A DNA stretch of 64,000 nt, taken from assembly GCA_963666975.2 (NCBI GenBank), contig CAXVYR010000003.1, forward strand, positions 160,001 through 224,000. Reading direction: 5' to 3'. Positions 38,579 through 48,771 of the stretch are shown piece after piece. The notes below the pieces were generated by a model. That model searched no databases and was not told the origin of the DNA. It saw nothing but the letters and a program-made list of their open reading frames with translations. The DNA is from Terriglobia bacterium (GTDB taxonomy: Bacteria > Acidobacteriota > Terriglobia > 2-12-FULL-54-10). The position numbers and the translations under genes are program-made. Position 1 is the stretch's first letter. Each line of letters opens with the position of its first letter.

Positions 38579-39220
38579 CTAACTGGCCGCTGGCACTGTC
38601 TGCCGGAGAACCTCTTGTGTTCGCAGAAGCCGGGCGCCGGCGTTTTGCATCTCTTGCAAAGCGGCTTGGCCGCTGCCCGCCTCAATTTCCCGGACGGCGT
38701 CCTCCACTACCGTGACCGGACGACCTTGCCGCAACAACCCCAGCACAGCCTCCCGCACGCAATATTCGGTGGCCACTCCAAAGACGACATACTGCCCGGC
38801 GTCAATTTTTTCAAACAAGAAAGCCGCATGGACATTGGTGAACAGGTCAAACTTCTGTTTTTCCAAGATCCATTGCCGGCAGCGGGAAATCTCCGCCGCC
38901 GCCGGTTCCGGTTGCCGCTCGTTTGGCAAGACCGCCCATTGCGCCAGGAGGGTTTCGGGAAGCTTTTTTTGTCCGGCGGTCCCTTTCACGCAGTGAGGAG
39001 GAAACTGCTGAAATTCATCGTCTGAGAGCGAATGCGCATCCACGCTGGAGATGACCGGCACATCGTGGTCGCGGGCAAATTCCACCAGCCGCGCCAGGTT
39101 GGGAATAATCCGCACCGCTCCCGTCACGTACAGACTTCCCGTGGGCAGCATAAAGTCCGCCTGTGTGTCCACGTCTACAAAAACCATATTGTGCTCTGGC
39201 ATGGCGCTTTCTCTATACAT
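38579..39220 (-). CDS. pncA: Nicotinamidase
   Basis: VDTQADF, DAH, PPHCVKGT, GVATEYCV. Confidence 0.88.
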   Translation of the reverse strand: MYRESAMPEHNMVFVDVDTQADFMLPTGSLYVTGAVRIIPNLARLVEFARDHDVPVISSVDAHSLSDDEFQQFPPHCVKGTAGQKKLPETLLAQWAVLPNERQPEPAAAEISRCRQWILEKQKFDLFTNVHAAFLFEKIDAGQYVVFGVATEYCVREAVLGLLRQGRPVTVVEDAVREIEAGSGQAALQEMQNAGARLLRTQEVLRQTVPAAS

Positions 39221-39249
39221 CTTGGGACGCCCTGAAGGAGGGTTGGCCG

Positions 39250-40641
39250 TTAGGAAGATTTCCCCTTGCTGCCTGCTCCTGTTGGCAAGAGCGTATAACG
39301 GCTGCGCACCTCCTCCAGTAGGTTTTGTAAAGCAGAGGACTTCTCCACCGGAAACGTGTCGCTGCCTTCCAGGCGGCGAAAATTTTCCGGCAATCGGGAC
39401 AGGTTCTTCGCCGCACGATCCCGGATCTGGTCCAGAGCGTGTGGTGGAGACACGCGCTTCCCGTTTTCGAGCACGGGTGTCAGCAGGCCCTCCGCTTCGG
39501 GAAAATCCTCAGAGGCCAAACCCAGCACGTCCCGCGTGTATTCTCCTTCCGGTCCTGAGAATCGGTAGACCTGCTTTTTGCCGGGATAGCTGATTTTGGA
39601 TTCGCTGAACTTGGCGGTATAGCGCACCCGTCCGCCGCTTTCGATCTCGGTGAGCTTGTAGACGCCACTCAGCGCGGGGGCGTCGCGGGAAGTGACCAAT
39701 TCCGTGCCGACTCCGAACAGATCGATAGGCGCATTATTATCGACCAGTGTTTGGATGGCATATTCATTCAGGTCGCTGCTGGCCAGGATCTGGGCGTCCG
39801 GGCGGCCTCCTTCGTCCAGTATTTTCCTTACCTGGCGGCTGTTTTCTAAAAAGTCGCCGCTGTCCAGGCGCACGCCACGAAAGGGCAGTCCCAGATGAAG
39901 CGCCTTGCGCGCACCCTCTGCCGGGTCGTAGGTGTCGATCAACAACACCGTCTTCGGGCCGTAGATTTCGGCGAATCGGCGGAAGGACTCTTCTTCCTCT
40001 TCAAACGACATGGTCCAGGAATGTGCCGTGGTGCCGTAGATGGGAATGCCAAGCTCGAATCCGGCGAGCGTGTTCGAGGTCCCCAGGCACCCTCCAATGT
40101 AGCTGGCCCGCGCAGCCAGCAAGCCGGCTTGGGGGCCGTGAGCGCGGCGCGTGCCGAATTCCACAACCCCCCGGCCGGTGGCCGCCTGCACAATGCGCGC
40201 GGTCTTGGTCGCCACGGTGGTCTGGTAGGTCAGCATGGCGAGCAGGTACGTTTCGGCGATCTGCGCTTCGACGATAGGCGCTGTCACCCGCAGCAAAGGC
40301 TCCTCGGCAAACACCACCGTGCCTTCGGGCGCCGCCCACAGCGTGCCCGTAAAGCGAAGCTGGGCCAAGAATTTAAAAAACGCCGGGCTGGCTCCCTCAA
40401 AGGCTGGATGCTTCCGGAGAAAGTCAATCTCGTCTGCTTGAAACGAGAGTCCTTGCAAGTATTCCACCGCCTGCTCCAGCCCTGCGGACAGCAAAAAAGA
40501 ACGTTGCGGCGGCAGGGTCCGTACGCTCAGCTCAAAAGTCGCCACGTCTTGAGACCTGCCGCTTTCAAAGTAGGCAGCCGCCATGGTCAGTTCATAGAGG
40601 TCGGTGAGTAATCCCAGACGATCCAGGGGAGAAGAGATCAT
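39250..40641 (-). CDS. pncB: Nicotinate phosphoribosyltransferase
   Basis: TDLYELTM, EFGTRR, GTTAHSW, IDTYD, VRLDSG, GVGT, VYKL. Confidence 0.95.
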   Translation of the reverse strand: MISSPLDRLGLLTDLYELTMAAAYFESGRSQDVATFELSVRTLPPQRSFLLSAGLEQAVEYLQGLSFQADEIDFLRKHPAFEGASPAFFKFLAQLRFTGTLWAAPEGTVVFAEEPLLRVTAPIVEAQIAETYLLAMLTYQTTVATKTARIVQAATGRGVVEFGTRRAHGPQAGLLAARASYIGGCLGTSNTLAGFELGIPIYGTTAHSWTMSFEEEEESFRRFAEIYGPKTVLLIDTYDPAEGARKALHLGLPFRGVRLDSGDFLENSRQVRKILDEGGRPDAQILASSDLNEYAIQTLVDNNAPIDLFGVGTELVTSRDAPALSGVYKLTEIESGGRVRYTAKFSESKISYPGKKQVYRFSGPEGEYTRDVLGLASEDFPEAEGLLTPVLENGKRVSPPHALDQIRDRAAKNLSRLPENFRRLEGSDTFPVEKSSALQNLLEEVRSRYTLLPTGAGSKGKSS

Positions 40642-40701
40642 TTTAGCGCGCTCCGCATGGCAGAATGGCTCCTGTTGGGGCTTCGGGGCAGGACTACAAC
40701 G

Positions 40702-40752
40702 ATAGTGTATGTCTTACACTTGTATTATATCCGACGGCGGCCCAGCGGTCAA
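40702..40752 (-). promoter_or_regulatory. pncB promoter and NrtR operator
   Basis: TTGACC(40752-47)-N17-TATAAT(40729-24) on the minus strand; palindrome AGTGTA-TGTCT-TACACT (40704-40720) with a GT-N7-AC core. Confidence 0.8.
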
Positions 40753-41018
40753 GATCGTCGGCGCTCCTGCGCGATGTTAGAAGCCGAAGAGGTACGGGGC
40801 ACTGACGCCTTGCTCCCGGCGTTGTTGGATTTAATTCTGAAAGTAATCGTCAAGAGAGACTGACGTCATTCATCCAAGCAAGACTCCTCAGTAGTTGCTT
40901 GATTGATGATGGAGGAAGGAAACCGTGAAGAAGAACCCCGTTTCCGGAATGGATGTTTCCGCTTCTACCTGACTCGCAGCGGACTACACGAACGTCCGGC
41001 GGGTTGGCGCAACGTCCG

Positions 41019-41861
41019 TCAACTAGCTGCTTTCCACTCGCTCCAATCGTCGGAAGCGGAATGGAGAGGGTTGCTTCCGTCATCCAGTAGATGTTGGATT
41101 TGCTTCAGAATGTCGCTGGCCGTATCCAGGCTGAAGGAGCTGAAGCTATGCAAAATGAGCTCCGGCCGGGAAGTTGCCTCAAAGCGGTTCTCTAGCCATT
41201 TTTCCAGTTCCTGCTGGACACGGTGCTGGATGGTGGGGAGTTCGTCCGGGGAGATATCCGAGAGCACGAGAAGAAAGGAATCCGGTGACCACCGCAACAG
41301 AGAGTCCAATGGACGGCAGAGTCGCTTGAGTTGTCCGATCAGTTCGACCCACCGGTTTTCGACTAGCTTTGCGGGGATTAACTGGCTGGGCATATCCTGG
41401 GGAAGTTGCGCCAGATTGTGAAGAGTTATCTCCACAATCGAGAGAGGAACCTGCTGGCGTTTGGCCTGGCTGGCTTGGCGAAGCAGGATATCGCGGCAGA
41501 CGTCGGGGTGGTGGAATTGCGTGACGGGGTTGAGCCGCTGCACGCGGGCGGAGAATTCTTTCTCCAGCAGACGATCCAGGAGCCCGCGTTGCAAGCGGCT
41601 GGTTGTCCTGATCTTGCCCACCAGGTAACCCGCCGCCAGCAGCATGAGGAAGGCAAAAGCGCGCAGCAATTCAGATGTGTTTTCGACTGCGTCCGCCAGG
41701 GGACCTCCTTGCCGCAGTTGGCCATAGACAATTGCAACTATTCCCGTCGAAAGAACTGCAATGATTACGGCTGCAAAGATTCGCAGGTGGAGGTTTGCTT
41801 TTAGCAAGCTTTCCCCGGTCAATGCCTCGGAGTGGTTTTCTTGGCTCATCATTTCGCTCAT
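41019..41861 (-). CDS. Two-TM protein with a degenerate GGDEF domain
   Basis: Two TMs, NPVTQFH, RPLD-SLLRW-SPDSF in place of RxxD-x5-GGDEF. Confidence 0.7.
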   Translation of the reverse strand: MSEMMSQENHSEALTGESLLKANLHLRIFAAVIIAVLSTGIVAIVYGQLRQGGPLADAVENTSELLRAFAFLMLLAAGYLVGKIRTTSRLQRGLLDRLLEKEFSARVQRLNPVTQFHHPDVCRDILLRQASQAKRQQVPLSIVEITLHNLAQLPQDMPSQLIPAKLVENRWVELIGQLKRLCRPLDSLLRWSPDSFLLVLSDISPDELPTIQHRVQQELEKWLENRFEATSRPELILHSFSSFSLDTASDILKQIQHLLDDGSNPLHSASDDWSEWKAAS

Positions 41862-42062
41862 CCTGGCCTTCCTTTCCTTACAGAGGGAGGAGAAGTCTTC
41901 TTCTGTCCCCTCAGCCAGCCGGGGAGACGAGCTTTCGCACACCGGCAGGTATCTTCCTCCGCTTTCGAGTCATACTATCGGCAATAACATAGCGGTTGCT
42001 TTAGCTGCCTGCATGAGAACAAGCTTAATTCCGATTGAATGAACGCATGATCAGGTCTGGGG

Positions 42063-42104
42063 GACCGATGACCGGTGCGAAATGACCGATGAGTAATGAG
42101 CGAT
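42063..42104. repeat. Degenerate 7-nt tandem repeat, six units
   Basis: gaccgat gaccggt gcgaaat gaccgat gagtaat gagcgat. Confidence 0.55.
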
Positions 42105-42149
42105 AATCGGCGAGAGAGACAGTGCGCAGGCGGCTCCAAGTCCCACGAT

Positions 42150-45100
42150 CTAGCTAATAGCTTGTCCTGGATTCCCCTGCGTGGACAATGGGTTGGAGAG
42201 GGATGCGGCAGCGTTGTTCGGAGCGAATCGCCAGTAAACCGCTGGAATCACCACCATGTTCAATGCAGTCGAGGAAAACAATCCGCACAGGATCACCATG
42301 GCCATCGGCGCTTGAATTTCGCTCCCCGCCTGTCCCGCCTGGAGAGTGATTGGAATCAGCGCCAGGCCAGTGGTGAGCGCGGTCATCAAAATCGGCGTCA
42401 GGCGTTCGGAAGCGCCCCGCAGGATCGCATGACGGAAATCACGCACGCCTTCCTCCGTCCTCAAATGCTTAATGTGCGAGATCAGCATGATGCCGTTGCG
42501 GGTGGCGACCCCGAACAAAGTAATGAACCCAATCATCGAGGCGACAGAGAGGATGCCACCGGAGATAAACACTCCAGCCACGCCTCCGATCAGGGCGAGC
42601 GGCAAGTTGCACATGATGATCATGGCTTCCGCGAATGAGCGAAACGCAGTGACGAGGATCATCAGGATCCCCAGAATGGCGGCAATCCCCAGCCACAGCA
42701 GAAGACTGGACGCTGCCGCCTCGCTCTCAAACTGCCCTCCATACTCGATGCGGTACCCTGCAGGCATCGGAACAGCAGCTCCCACCCGCTGTTGGATTTC
42801 GTTGACCACGCCACGCAAGTCCCTGCCGGCCACGTTGCACATCACGACAATCTTGCGCTGTCCGTTCTCGCGACTGATAAAGTTCGCTCCCCGGTCCTCC
42901 CGAATGTCGGCCACACTGGAGAGAGGGACGAGGGCCCCCGAAGGGGTGTCGATCATCGTCTGGCGAATCACTTCCAGGTCAGCTCGATTCTCATTCGGGT
43001 AGCGCACCACGACGGGGAACGCCAACTGTCCTTCGAAAACCCGGCCGACCTCCTTGCCGACAAAGGCCGTTTGCAACGCCTCGGCTGCCGAACCGGCCGG
43101 CAGCCCATAGCGGGCCAGCGCGGCGCGGTCAAAACGCACACGGACAGTGGGGATGTCGGTCTGCTGTTCCGTGGATAGATCGACTACTCCCGGCACGTCT
43201 CGCATGGCAGCTTCGACCTGCTGGGCGAGGCTGCGAAGGGCGTAAAGGTCATCGCCGAATATTTTCACGGCAATGCTGGCGCGTGTTCCGGAAAGCATGT
43301 GATCGATCCGATGGGAGATCGGCTGGCCGATCACGACGTTCATGCCGGGCAGGAGCGTCAACCGGTCCCGCATTTCCGCCAGCATCTCTTCCTTGGAGCG
43401 GTCTCCCATCCTCAAACCGACGTCGATTTCAGCCGATTCCACGCCTTGAACGTGCTCGTCCAGTTCCGCCCGCCCGGTGCGACGGGCGGTGGCGCTCACC
43501 TCCGGAATGGTATGCAATATCTGTTCCAGATTTCTTCCGAGCTGGTCGGATTCCGCCAGGCTGGTCCCGGGAACCGTCACCGCGCTGATCGTCAGAGTCC
43601 CTTCGTTGAATTCCGGCAAAAATGCGCGGCCCATACGAGCAAAGCCGGCCAAGGAGGCAATCAGAAGCAAAGCCGCGGCCACCAAGACGAATCCCGTACG
43701 ATCCAGTGTCCAGTTCAGGAACTTCTCGTACCAGCGCCTCAACCAGCGAATCCAACTAGGCTCTTGTCCTCGCAGCACCGCTTTGGCGCGCGGCAGCAGA
43801 AAGGAACACAGAACCGGTGTCACCGTAAGCGCCACCACCAGAGAAGCAAACAATGCCGTGATGTATGCGAAGCCAAGCGGCCTCAGCAACCTCCCTTCCA
43901 CTCCGCTCAAAAAGAAGATGGGCAGAAAGACCAGCATTACGATCAGCGTAGCAAACACAATGGGATTAGCAATCTCGCTGCTTCCCCGGTAGACCATCTC
44001 CAGTGTCGGCAGCCGTTGTTCCTGAGGCTTGCGTGCGTTCTCGCGAAGCCTTCGAAACACATTCTCCACATCGATAATGGCGTCGTCCACCAACGCTCCG
44101 ATGGCGATCACAAGACCGCCGAGCGTCATACTGTTGATCGTCGCGCCTGCCAGTTTCATCCCGATGAAGGTGGCCCCCAAAGAAAGTGGAATGGCTACCA
44201 GCGTGATGACCGATGCGCGCAGGTTGGCGAGGAAGAGGATTACGATGATTACTACCAGGATACCCCCGTCGCGCAAAGCGTCCAGCAAGTTCCGTGTCGC
44301 TGCTTCAATGAAGTCTGCCTGCCGGAAGATGTTCTTGTGAATCTCCATTCCCGGCGGCAGCGACTGCTGGATCTCGTCGAGAACAGCGTCCACACGGCGC
44401 GTCAGCTCCAATGTGTTTGTGCTGGGCTGCTTTTGAATCCCCAGTACGACCGCAGGATTGCCGTTGTGCGAGCCTTCGCCGCGCTTGATGGCTTCCCCGA
44501 TGCGCACCTCCGCCAAATCCCGCACCAGCACGGGGCGGGCATCCCGTGAGACGACTACCGTTTGGGCAATCTCCTGTACGCTTTGCGCGCGGCCGATCCC
44601 TTGAATCAGATACTCCTGGCCGCCGGCGATACGGAAACCCGCCGAGGTATTCTGGCTGCCCCGACGCACCACTTCCTCCACCTGAGCCATCGAGACGCGG
44701 TAGGCTTTCAGCCGCTGCGGATCGACAATTACTTGATACTGCTTGCGGCCGCCTCCAATTGCGATTACTTGCGACACGCCAGGGACAGCCAGCAACCTGC
44801 GCCGGAGCACGGTGTCGGCCACGGCCCGCACTTCGAGAGGTGAATGCCGGTCCGATTCAATAGCGAGGAACAGAATTTCTCCCATGATCGAAGAAATGGG
44901 AGCCAGATACGGTTGGCCGACCTCCGGCGGGAGAGAACCAGCAACCCGGCTCAGTTTTTCCGTGACGGTCTGTCTGGCCCGGTAGATGTCCTCTCCCCAA
45001 TCGAACTCCGCCCAGATGACAGCGATGCCTACCGCGGTGGCCGACCGGACACGGCGGATTCCTGCGGCTCCATTCAACGCCGCCTCGATCGGAAACGTCA

Positions 45101-45293
45101 CCAAGGATTCCATCTCGGTGGGTGCCATGCCCTGTCCTTCCACCAGAACAGTGACGGTGGGGGCCGTCAGATCTGGAAACACGTCCACCGGAGCCGTCGA
45201 AACGAAGTATCCACCCCATGCAAGCAAAGCGGCGGCAAGCCCCAGAACAAATATCCGGTTGCCGAGCGACCAGCGAATCAAGGCGTCAATCAT
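42150..45293 (-). CDS. CusA/CzcA-family heavy-metal RND permease
   Basis: 1047 aa; VDVFPDL, GALVDDAIIDVEN, FLPEFNEG, RLTPILMT. Confidence 0.93.
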   Translation of the reverse strand: MIDALIRWSLGNRIFVLGLAAALLAWGGYFVSTAPVDVFPDLTAPTVTVLVEGQGMAPTEMESLVTFPIEAALNGAAGIRRVRSATAVGIAVIWAEFDWGEDIYRARQTVTEKLSRVAGSLPPEVGQPYLAPISSIMGEILFLAIESDRHSPLEVRAVADTVLRRRLLAVPGVSQVIAIGGGRKQYQVIVDPQRLKAYRVSMAQVEEVVRRGSQNTSAGFRIAGGQEYLIQGIGRAQSVQEIAQTVVVSRDARPVLVRDLAEVRIGEAIKRGEGSHNGNPAVVLGIQKQPSTNTLELTRRVDAVLDEIQQSLPPGMEIHKNIFRQADFIEAATRNLLDALRDGGILVVIIVILFLANLRASVITLVAIPLSLGATFIGMKLAGATINSMTLGGLVIAIGALVDDAIIDVENVFRRLRENARKPQEQRLPTLEMVYRGSSEIANPIVFATLIVMLVFLPIFFLSGVEGRLLRPLGFAYITALFASLVVALTVTPVLCSFLLPRAKAVLRGQEPSWIRWLRRWYEKFLNWTLDRTGFVLVAAALLLIASLAGFARMGRAFLPEFNEGTLTISAVTVPGTSLAESDQLGRNLEQILHTIPEVSATARRTGRAELDEHVQGVESAEIDVGLRMGDRSKEEMLAEMRDRLTLLPGMNVVIGQPISHRIDHMLSGTRASIAVKIFGDDLYALRSLAQQVEAAMRDVPGVVDLSTEQQTDIPTVRVRFDRAALARYGLPAGSAAEALQTAFVGKEVGRVFEGQLAFPVVVRYPNENRADLEVIRQTMIDTPSGALVPLSSVADIREDRGANFISRENGQRKIVVMCNVAGRDLRGVVNEIQQRVGAAVPMPAGYRIEYGGQFESEAAASSLLLWLGIAAILGILMILVTAFRSFAEAMIIMCNLPLALIGGVAGVFISGGILSVASMIGFITLFGVATRNGIMLISHIKHLRTEEGVRDFRHAILRGASERLTPILMTALTTGLALIPITLQAGQAGSEIQAPMAMVILCGLFSSTALNMVVIPAVYWRFAPNNAAASLSNPLSTQGNPGQAIS

Positions 45294-45302
45294 GGGAACC
45301 TC

Positions 45303-46868
45303 TCAGGAATGGGAACAGTGCACGTGACCGTGTGCCGGGATCTGTGTAGAAAGTGCAGCCAGACGGACCAGATAAGCGCCGAGCGTTACCACGCGCTCCC
45401 CCAGCTCCAATCCCTCCAGCACGTGAACGTACCCGGCTTCCCGCACACCCAGCCGGACCGGCCGGCGAGCGAAGGATTCTCCCGTGGTCTGCACGAAAAC
45501 AACGGGCCGGCCTCCGTCATCCACCACGGCGGAGTCCGGCACAGCCGGAGCTTGGACTCGTTTTGAAGTGAACAGGCGTAAGGAAACGGCTTGCCCCACG
45601 GCCAGCAGTCTGGCAGGGTTCTGTACTTCGTAGATCACGTTCAGAGTGCGCGAAACGGGGTCCACAATGCGGCCCACTGAGATCAGGCGGCTGGGAGAAA
45701 AACGGGTCTCCATGCCAGGCGCCTCAATCTCTGCGCCGGAGAGGCTGCGCAGTTGCGGTGCGTTCGCCTCCGGAACGGCTGCGAAAACATGAACAGGGTG
45801 CAGGGATACAATTCGGAACAGGTTCTGGCCCTGCTCCACGTTCGCTCCGACGGTGGCGTGTGCCTCGGCCACAACGCCGGAGATCGGAGCCCGAAGAAGG
45901 AATGAAGCGCCAAGAAACGGGGAATTGTCGGTGGAGGTTCCGTCGGCGCGTTGCCATGACTCCAACTGGGCCAGCCGTGCCTGCGCGGCTTTCCGCTTTG
46001 CCTCCAGCGTCGTTTCCCGGGTCCGGGCTTCGTCGAGCCGCCGGGCCGGCACCGCGCCCGCCTCCAGGAGGCGACCCAGCCGTTGCGCGTTCTTGCGGGC
46101 CAGGGACAATTCCGCCTCCGCCTCAGCCACCGCGAACTCCAGGGCGGCGCGCTCGGAAGGGCTGCTGGTCTTGGGGACGAGAGAAGCCAGCACCTGTCCC
46201 TCATCAACCGTTGTTCCAAGGGTCGGCAAAGCCGCCGTCGCCGCCAAGCGTCCTCCAAAAGGCGCGACGACCTCCGCTTCGCCTCCCGTACGCGGACGCA
46301 CTTCCCCAGGCACCTGAATGCTCTCTCGCAGGGATTGCTCGGTGACCTTCTCAGTGCGAAAATCGAGCGTCCACTGCTGCTCCTTGAGGAAGGAGATTCC
46401 TTCCTCCGCTTCCTCTTCCGGAAGCGCCACTTGTTGGGAACCGGCGGAGACAGTGACCGACTCCAAAATATGAACATCCTCCAGCTCTCCCGAGAGAACT
46501 CGGATGGACATGGTGTATGTGCCCGCCCGTCGGGGAACGATGTCCACGCCGAAAATTCCCGGGCGCGAAGGCGACTCGGCTCGGAATTGCTCCCCTGCGG
46601 TTCCGTCCCGGCGCAGCTCCACTGTGGCCTGTCCCGTGGTCAGAGGCCGGAACGTGGCGAGATCGGTCAGGTGGATCGCAAAGCGTGACGTCCGTCCGGC
46701 GGCGAGAGACGGGTACTCCAGAAACAGTTCCGTCTTTTCGCTCCAGCGGGTGACGTTAATGGTTGGGATTTCCGGCTCCGCTTCAGATTCCAAGGTCGCG
46801 GGGAGTTCTCTCTGGCAGCCCGTTGCCAAACCAAGCAACAGCGCCGCTGCTATCCATATTTTCCTCAT
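45303..46868 (-). CDS. RND membrane fusion protein (lipoprotein)
   Basis: LATGC lipobox, LRAPISG, VDPVSRT, C-terminal HGHVHCSH. Confidence 0.9.
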   Translation of the reverse strand: MRKIWIAAALLLGLATGCQRELPATLESEAEPEIPTINVTRWSEKTELFLEYPSLAAGRTSRFAIHLTDLATFRPLTTGQATVELRRDGTAGEQFRAESPSRPGIFGVDIVPRRAGTYTMSIRVLSGELEDVHILESVTVSAGSQQVALPEEEAEEGISFLKEQQWTLDFRTEKVTEQSLRESIQVPGEVRPRTGGEAEVVAPFGGRLAATAALPTLGTTVDEGQVLASLVPKTSSPSERAALEFAVAEAEAELSLARKNAQRLGRLLEAGAVPARRLDEARTRETTLEAKRKAAQARLAQLESWQRADGTSTDNSPFLGASFLLRAPISGVVAEAHATVGANVEQGQNLFRIVSLHPVHVFAAVPEANAPQLRSLSGAEIEAPGMETRFSPSRLISVGRIVDPVSRTLNVIYEVQNPARLLAVGQAVSLRLFTSKRVQAPAVPDSAVVDDGGRPVVFVQTTGESFARRPVRLGVREAGYVHVLEGLELGERVVTLGAYLVRLAALSTQIPAHGHVHCSHS

Positions 46869-48100
46869 GGAATCATCTCCTTCCCCACTGCCCGATCCAG
46901 TTCAATTCCGGCCTTCCTGACGGCCTCGAGCAACTCAACGGATCTCAGGCGCGCGAGCAAGCCAACCCGATAGGCGTCCAGCAGCTCCAGAATCCCCATC
47001 TCACCCTCATGATAAGCAAGCTGCGCAATGTCGGCCAATTGTTGAGTTCGGGCGCCCGACTGGCTGGTATGCTGCTCCGCCATGCGGCGCTGGAACTGGA
47101 CGGCGGCGTAGGCGGCTTTGGTCTCGGCCTCAATTTCGACGCGCAGTCCCTGAAGCAGCGATTCGGTTTGTTGGGTGCTCGCTCGCAGCCGCGCTACTTC
47201 TGCCTGGCCGCGATTGAATATCGGCAAAGGCACGCTGACACCGATGGTGTAGCCCACGTCTGAAAATCCGGAGGAGCGGAAAGTCTTTGTTCCTGCAGAT
47301 ACCGATGGTTCCGGGATACGAAGGCGCTCGGCTGCCCTGCGTTCGAGTTGCAGTCGCTCCAGCCGCCGTTGCTCCGCCTTGTAATCACTCCGGTTGTGGA
47401 AGGTTTGCTCCAGAAGTTCATCGAGAGACGGTAGCGGGCCCTGATGCGTAAGCCGGCCTCTCGCCGTCAAGCTGCCCGGCTCGGTGCCCAGGCGGAAAAA
47501 CGCCGCCAGTTGGGCTTGTACCTGTGCGACCTGACCGTCGGCTTGAATGCGTGCCGTCACGGTATTCGCCAGCTCCCGCTCAGCGCGCAGGCGGTCAAAT
47601 GTTGAACCTTCCCCCTCCCGTTCCCTCTCTTGAAGGATGCGCACCACTTCTTGCAATTCGCCGAGGCCGTTGCGCAAAACGTCTCTTCGTTCCTGCGCTG
47701 CCAGCAAGGAATAAAAGGCCAGGCGCAGATCAGCCCGCAGTTGGAATATAAGGTACTCCGATTGCTCCCGGGCCGCATCGACCGCAGCATCCCCTGCGCT
47801 GCGCAACAGACCGCGCCGTCCCGACAGAGGAATTCTTTGTGCCACTGTGAAAAAGTCATCGCTGTTGCGATTGACGCTTTCCCGGAGACCTGTGACCGTC
47901 GGGTTTGGAACCAAGCTCCAAGCGCGGGTTTCGGCGCGGACGACCGGCACGCGGGAGCGCGCTTCGCGCGCGCGCGGGCTGCCTTCGGAAAAACGCCGGA
48001 GCGCTTCCGTTTCCGTCAGCTCCTCGGCAACCGCTCCGGACACTGCGGCTCCCAGCAGAGCAAAAATCAGGAAGAATGTTCTCCCCATGCACACAAACAT
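46865..48100 (-). CDS. TolC/CzcC-family outer-membrane factor
   Basis: Signal peptide, PNP, VSVPLPIFNR, YHEGE..LELLDA. Confidence 0.9.
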   Translation of the reverse strand: MFVCMGRTFFLIFALLGAAVSGAVAEELTETEALRRFSEGSPRAREARSRVPVVRAETRAWSLVPNPTVTGLRESVNRNSDDFFTVAQRIPLSGRRGLLRSAGDAAVDAAREQSEYLIFQLRADLRLAFYSLLAAQERRDVLRNGLGELQEVVRILQEREREGEGSTFDRLRAERELANTVTARIQADGQVAQVQAQLAAFFRLGTEPGSLTARGRLTHQGPLPSLDELLEQTFHNRSDYKAEQRRLERLQLERRAAERLRIPEPSVSAGTKTFRSSGFSDVGYTIGVSVPLPIFNRGQAEVARLRASTQQTESLLQGLRVEIEAETKAAYAAVQFQRRMAEQHTSQSGARTQQLADIAQLAYHEGEMGILELLDAYRVGLLARLRSVELLEAVRKAGIELDRAVGKEMIP

Positions 48101-48207
48101 GATGCTTCACCTCAAAAGGAACTTCTCGGCTTGAACTCGCAATTTGAACTATTGTTACGGGAATTACGCCAATAGCTGCGCCATGCAGGCGCACGCCAAC
48201 GGAGGGC

Positions 48208-48636
48208 TTACCGAGGAGGGGCTCGCGGACTGAACGCACCGAGGACGGGTGGATCGTGTGTCCTCGGCGCCGATTCCCGGTTCGCATAGCCGGAATAGGG
48301 CTCGGCAGTGACAGCTATATTTTGTGCGAGAACAAAAGCCTGAACCAGATGGTTTTGCTTGATGAGCCGGAAGACATCCAGCGACTTGCCGTCGTGATCC
48401 GCCTCCCGGATGGCCGGCCCGCTGCCGCCTTGCAGTGGCGCCCGTGCGGGAGAATCAATCCCATGCGCATGAACGAACGGAGCGTCAGCGTGGCTGTGCC
48501 GCTGGTCCGGCTTGTCATGGCCGCCGGGGCCGCCGTCATGACGGTCATGCCGGTGGAGAAGCGGAGCCTGGTACAGCGCCAGGATCATGGCCAGGATTAT
48601 GGCCAGCGATAAATGAATAGCCAGGAAGCGTCGCAT
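48208..48636 (-). CDS. His-rich exported leader protein ending in RAPP
   Basis: N-terminal hydrophobic segment, HRHDRHD...HSH...HAH, C-terminus SPRAPPR. Confidence 0.8.
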   Translation of the reverse strand: MRRFLAIHLSLAIILAMILALYQAPLLHRHDRHDGGPGGHDKPDQRHSHADAPFVHAHGIDSPARAPLQGGSGPAIREADHDGKSLDVFRLIKQNHLVQAFVLAQNIAVTAEPYSGYANRESAPRTHDPPVLGAFSPRAPPR

Positions 48637-48643
48637 TGTCCCG

Positions 48644-48673
48644 ATTCTAAGGGAGAGCAGTGGGAGGTGTCAA
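48644..48673 (-). promoter_or_regulatory. sigma70 promoter, probably giving a leaderless mRNA
   Basis: TTGACA-N18-TAGAAT, 7 nt before ATG 48636. Confidence 0.65.
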
Positions 48674-48771
48674 ACAAAGACAGTGCCGCGTGGTGGGGTC
48701 GCTCTTCACATCCACTCGCCGTAGCAGGGCGGGGAAGGGAGAGCCGGGCGCTCAATTTTTGCGCGGCTTGT

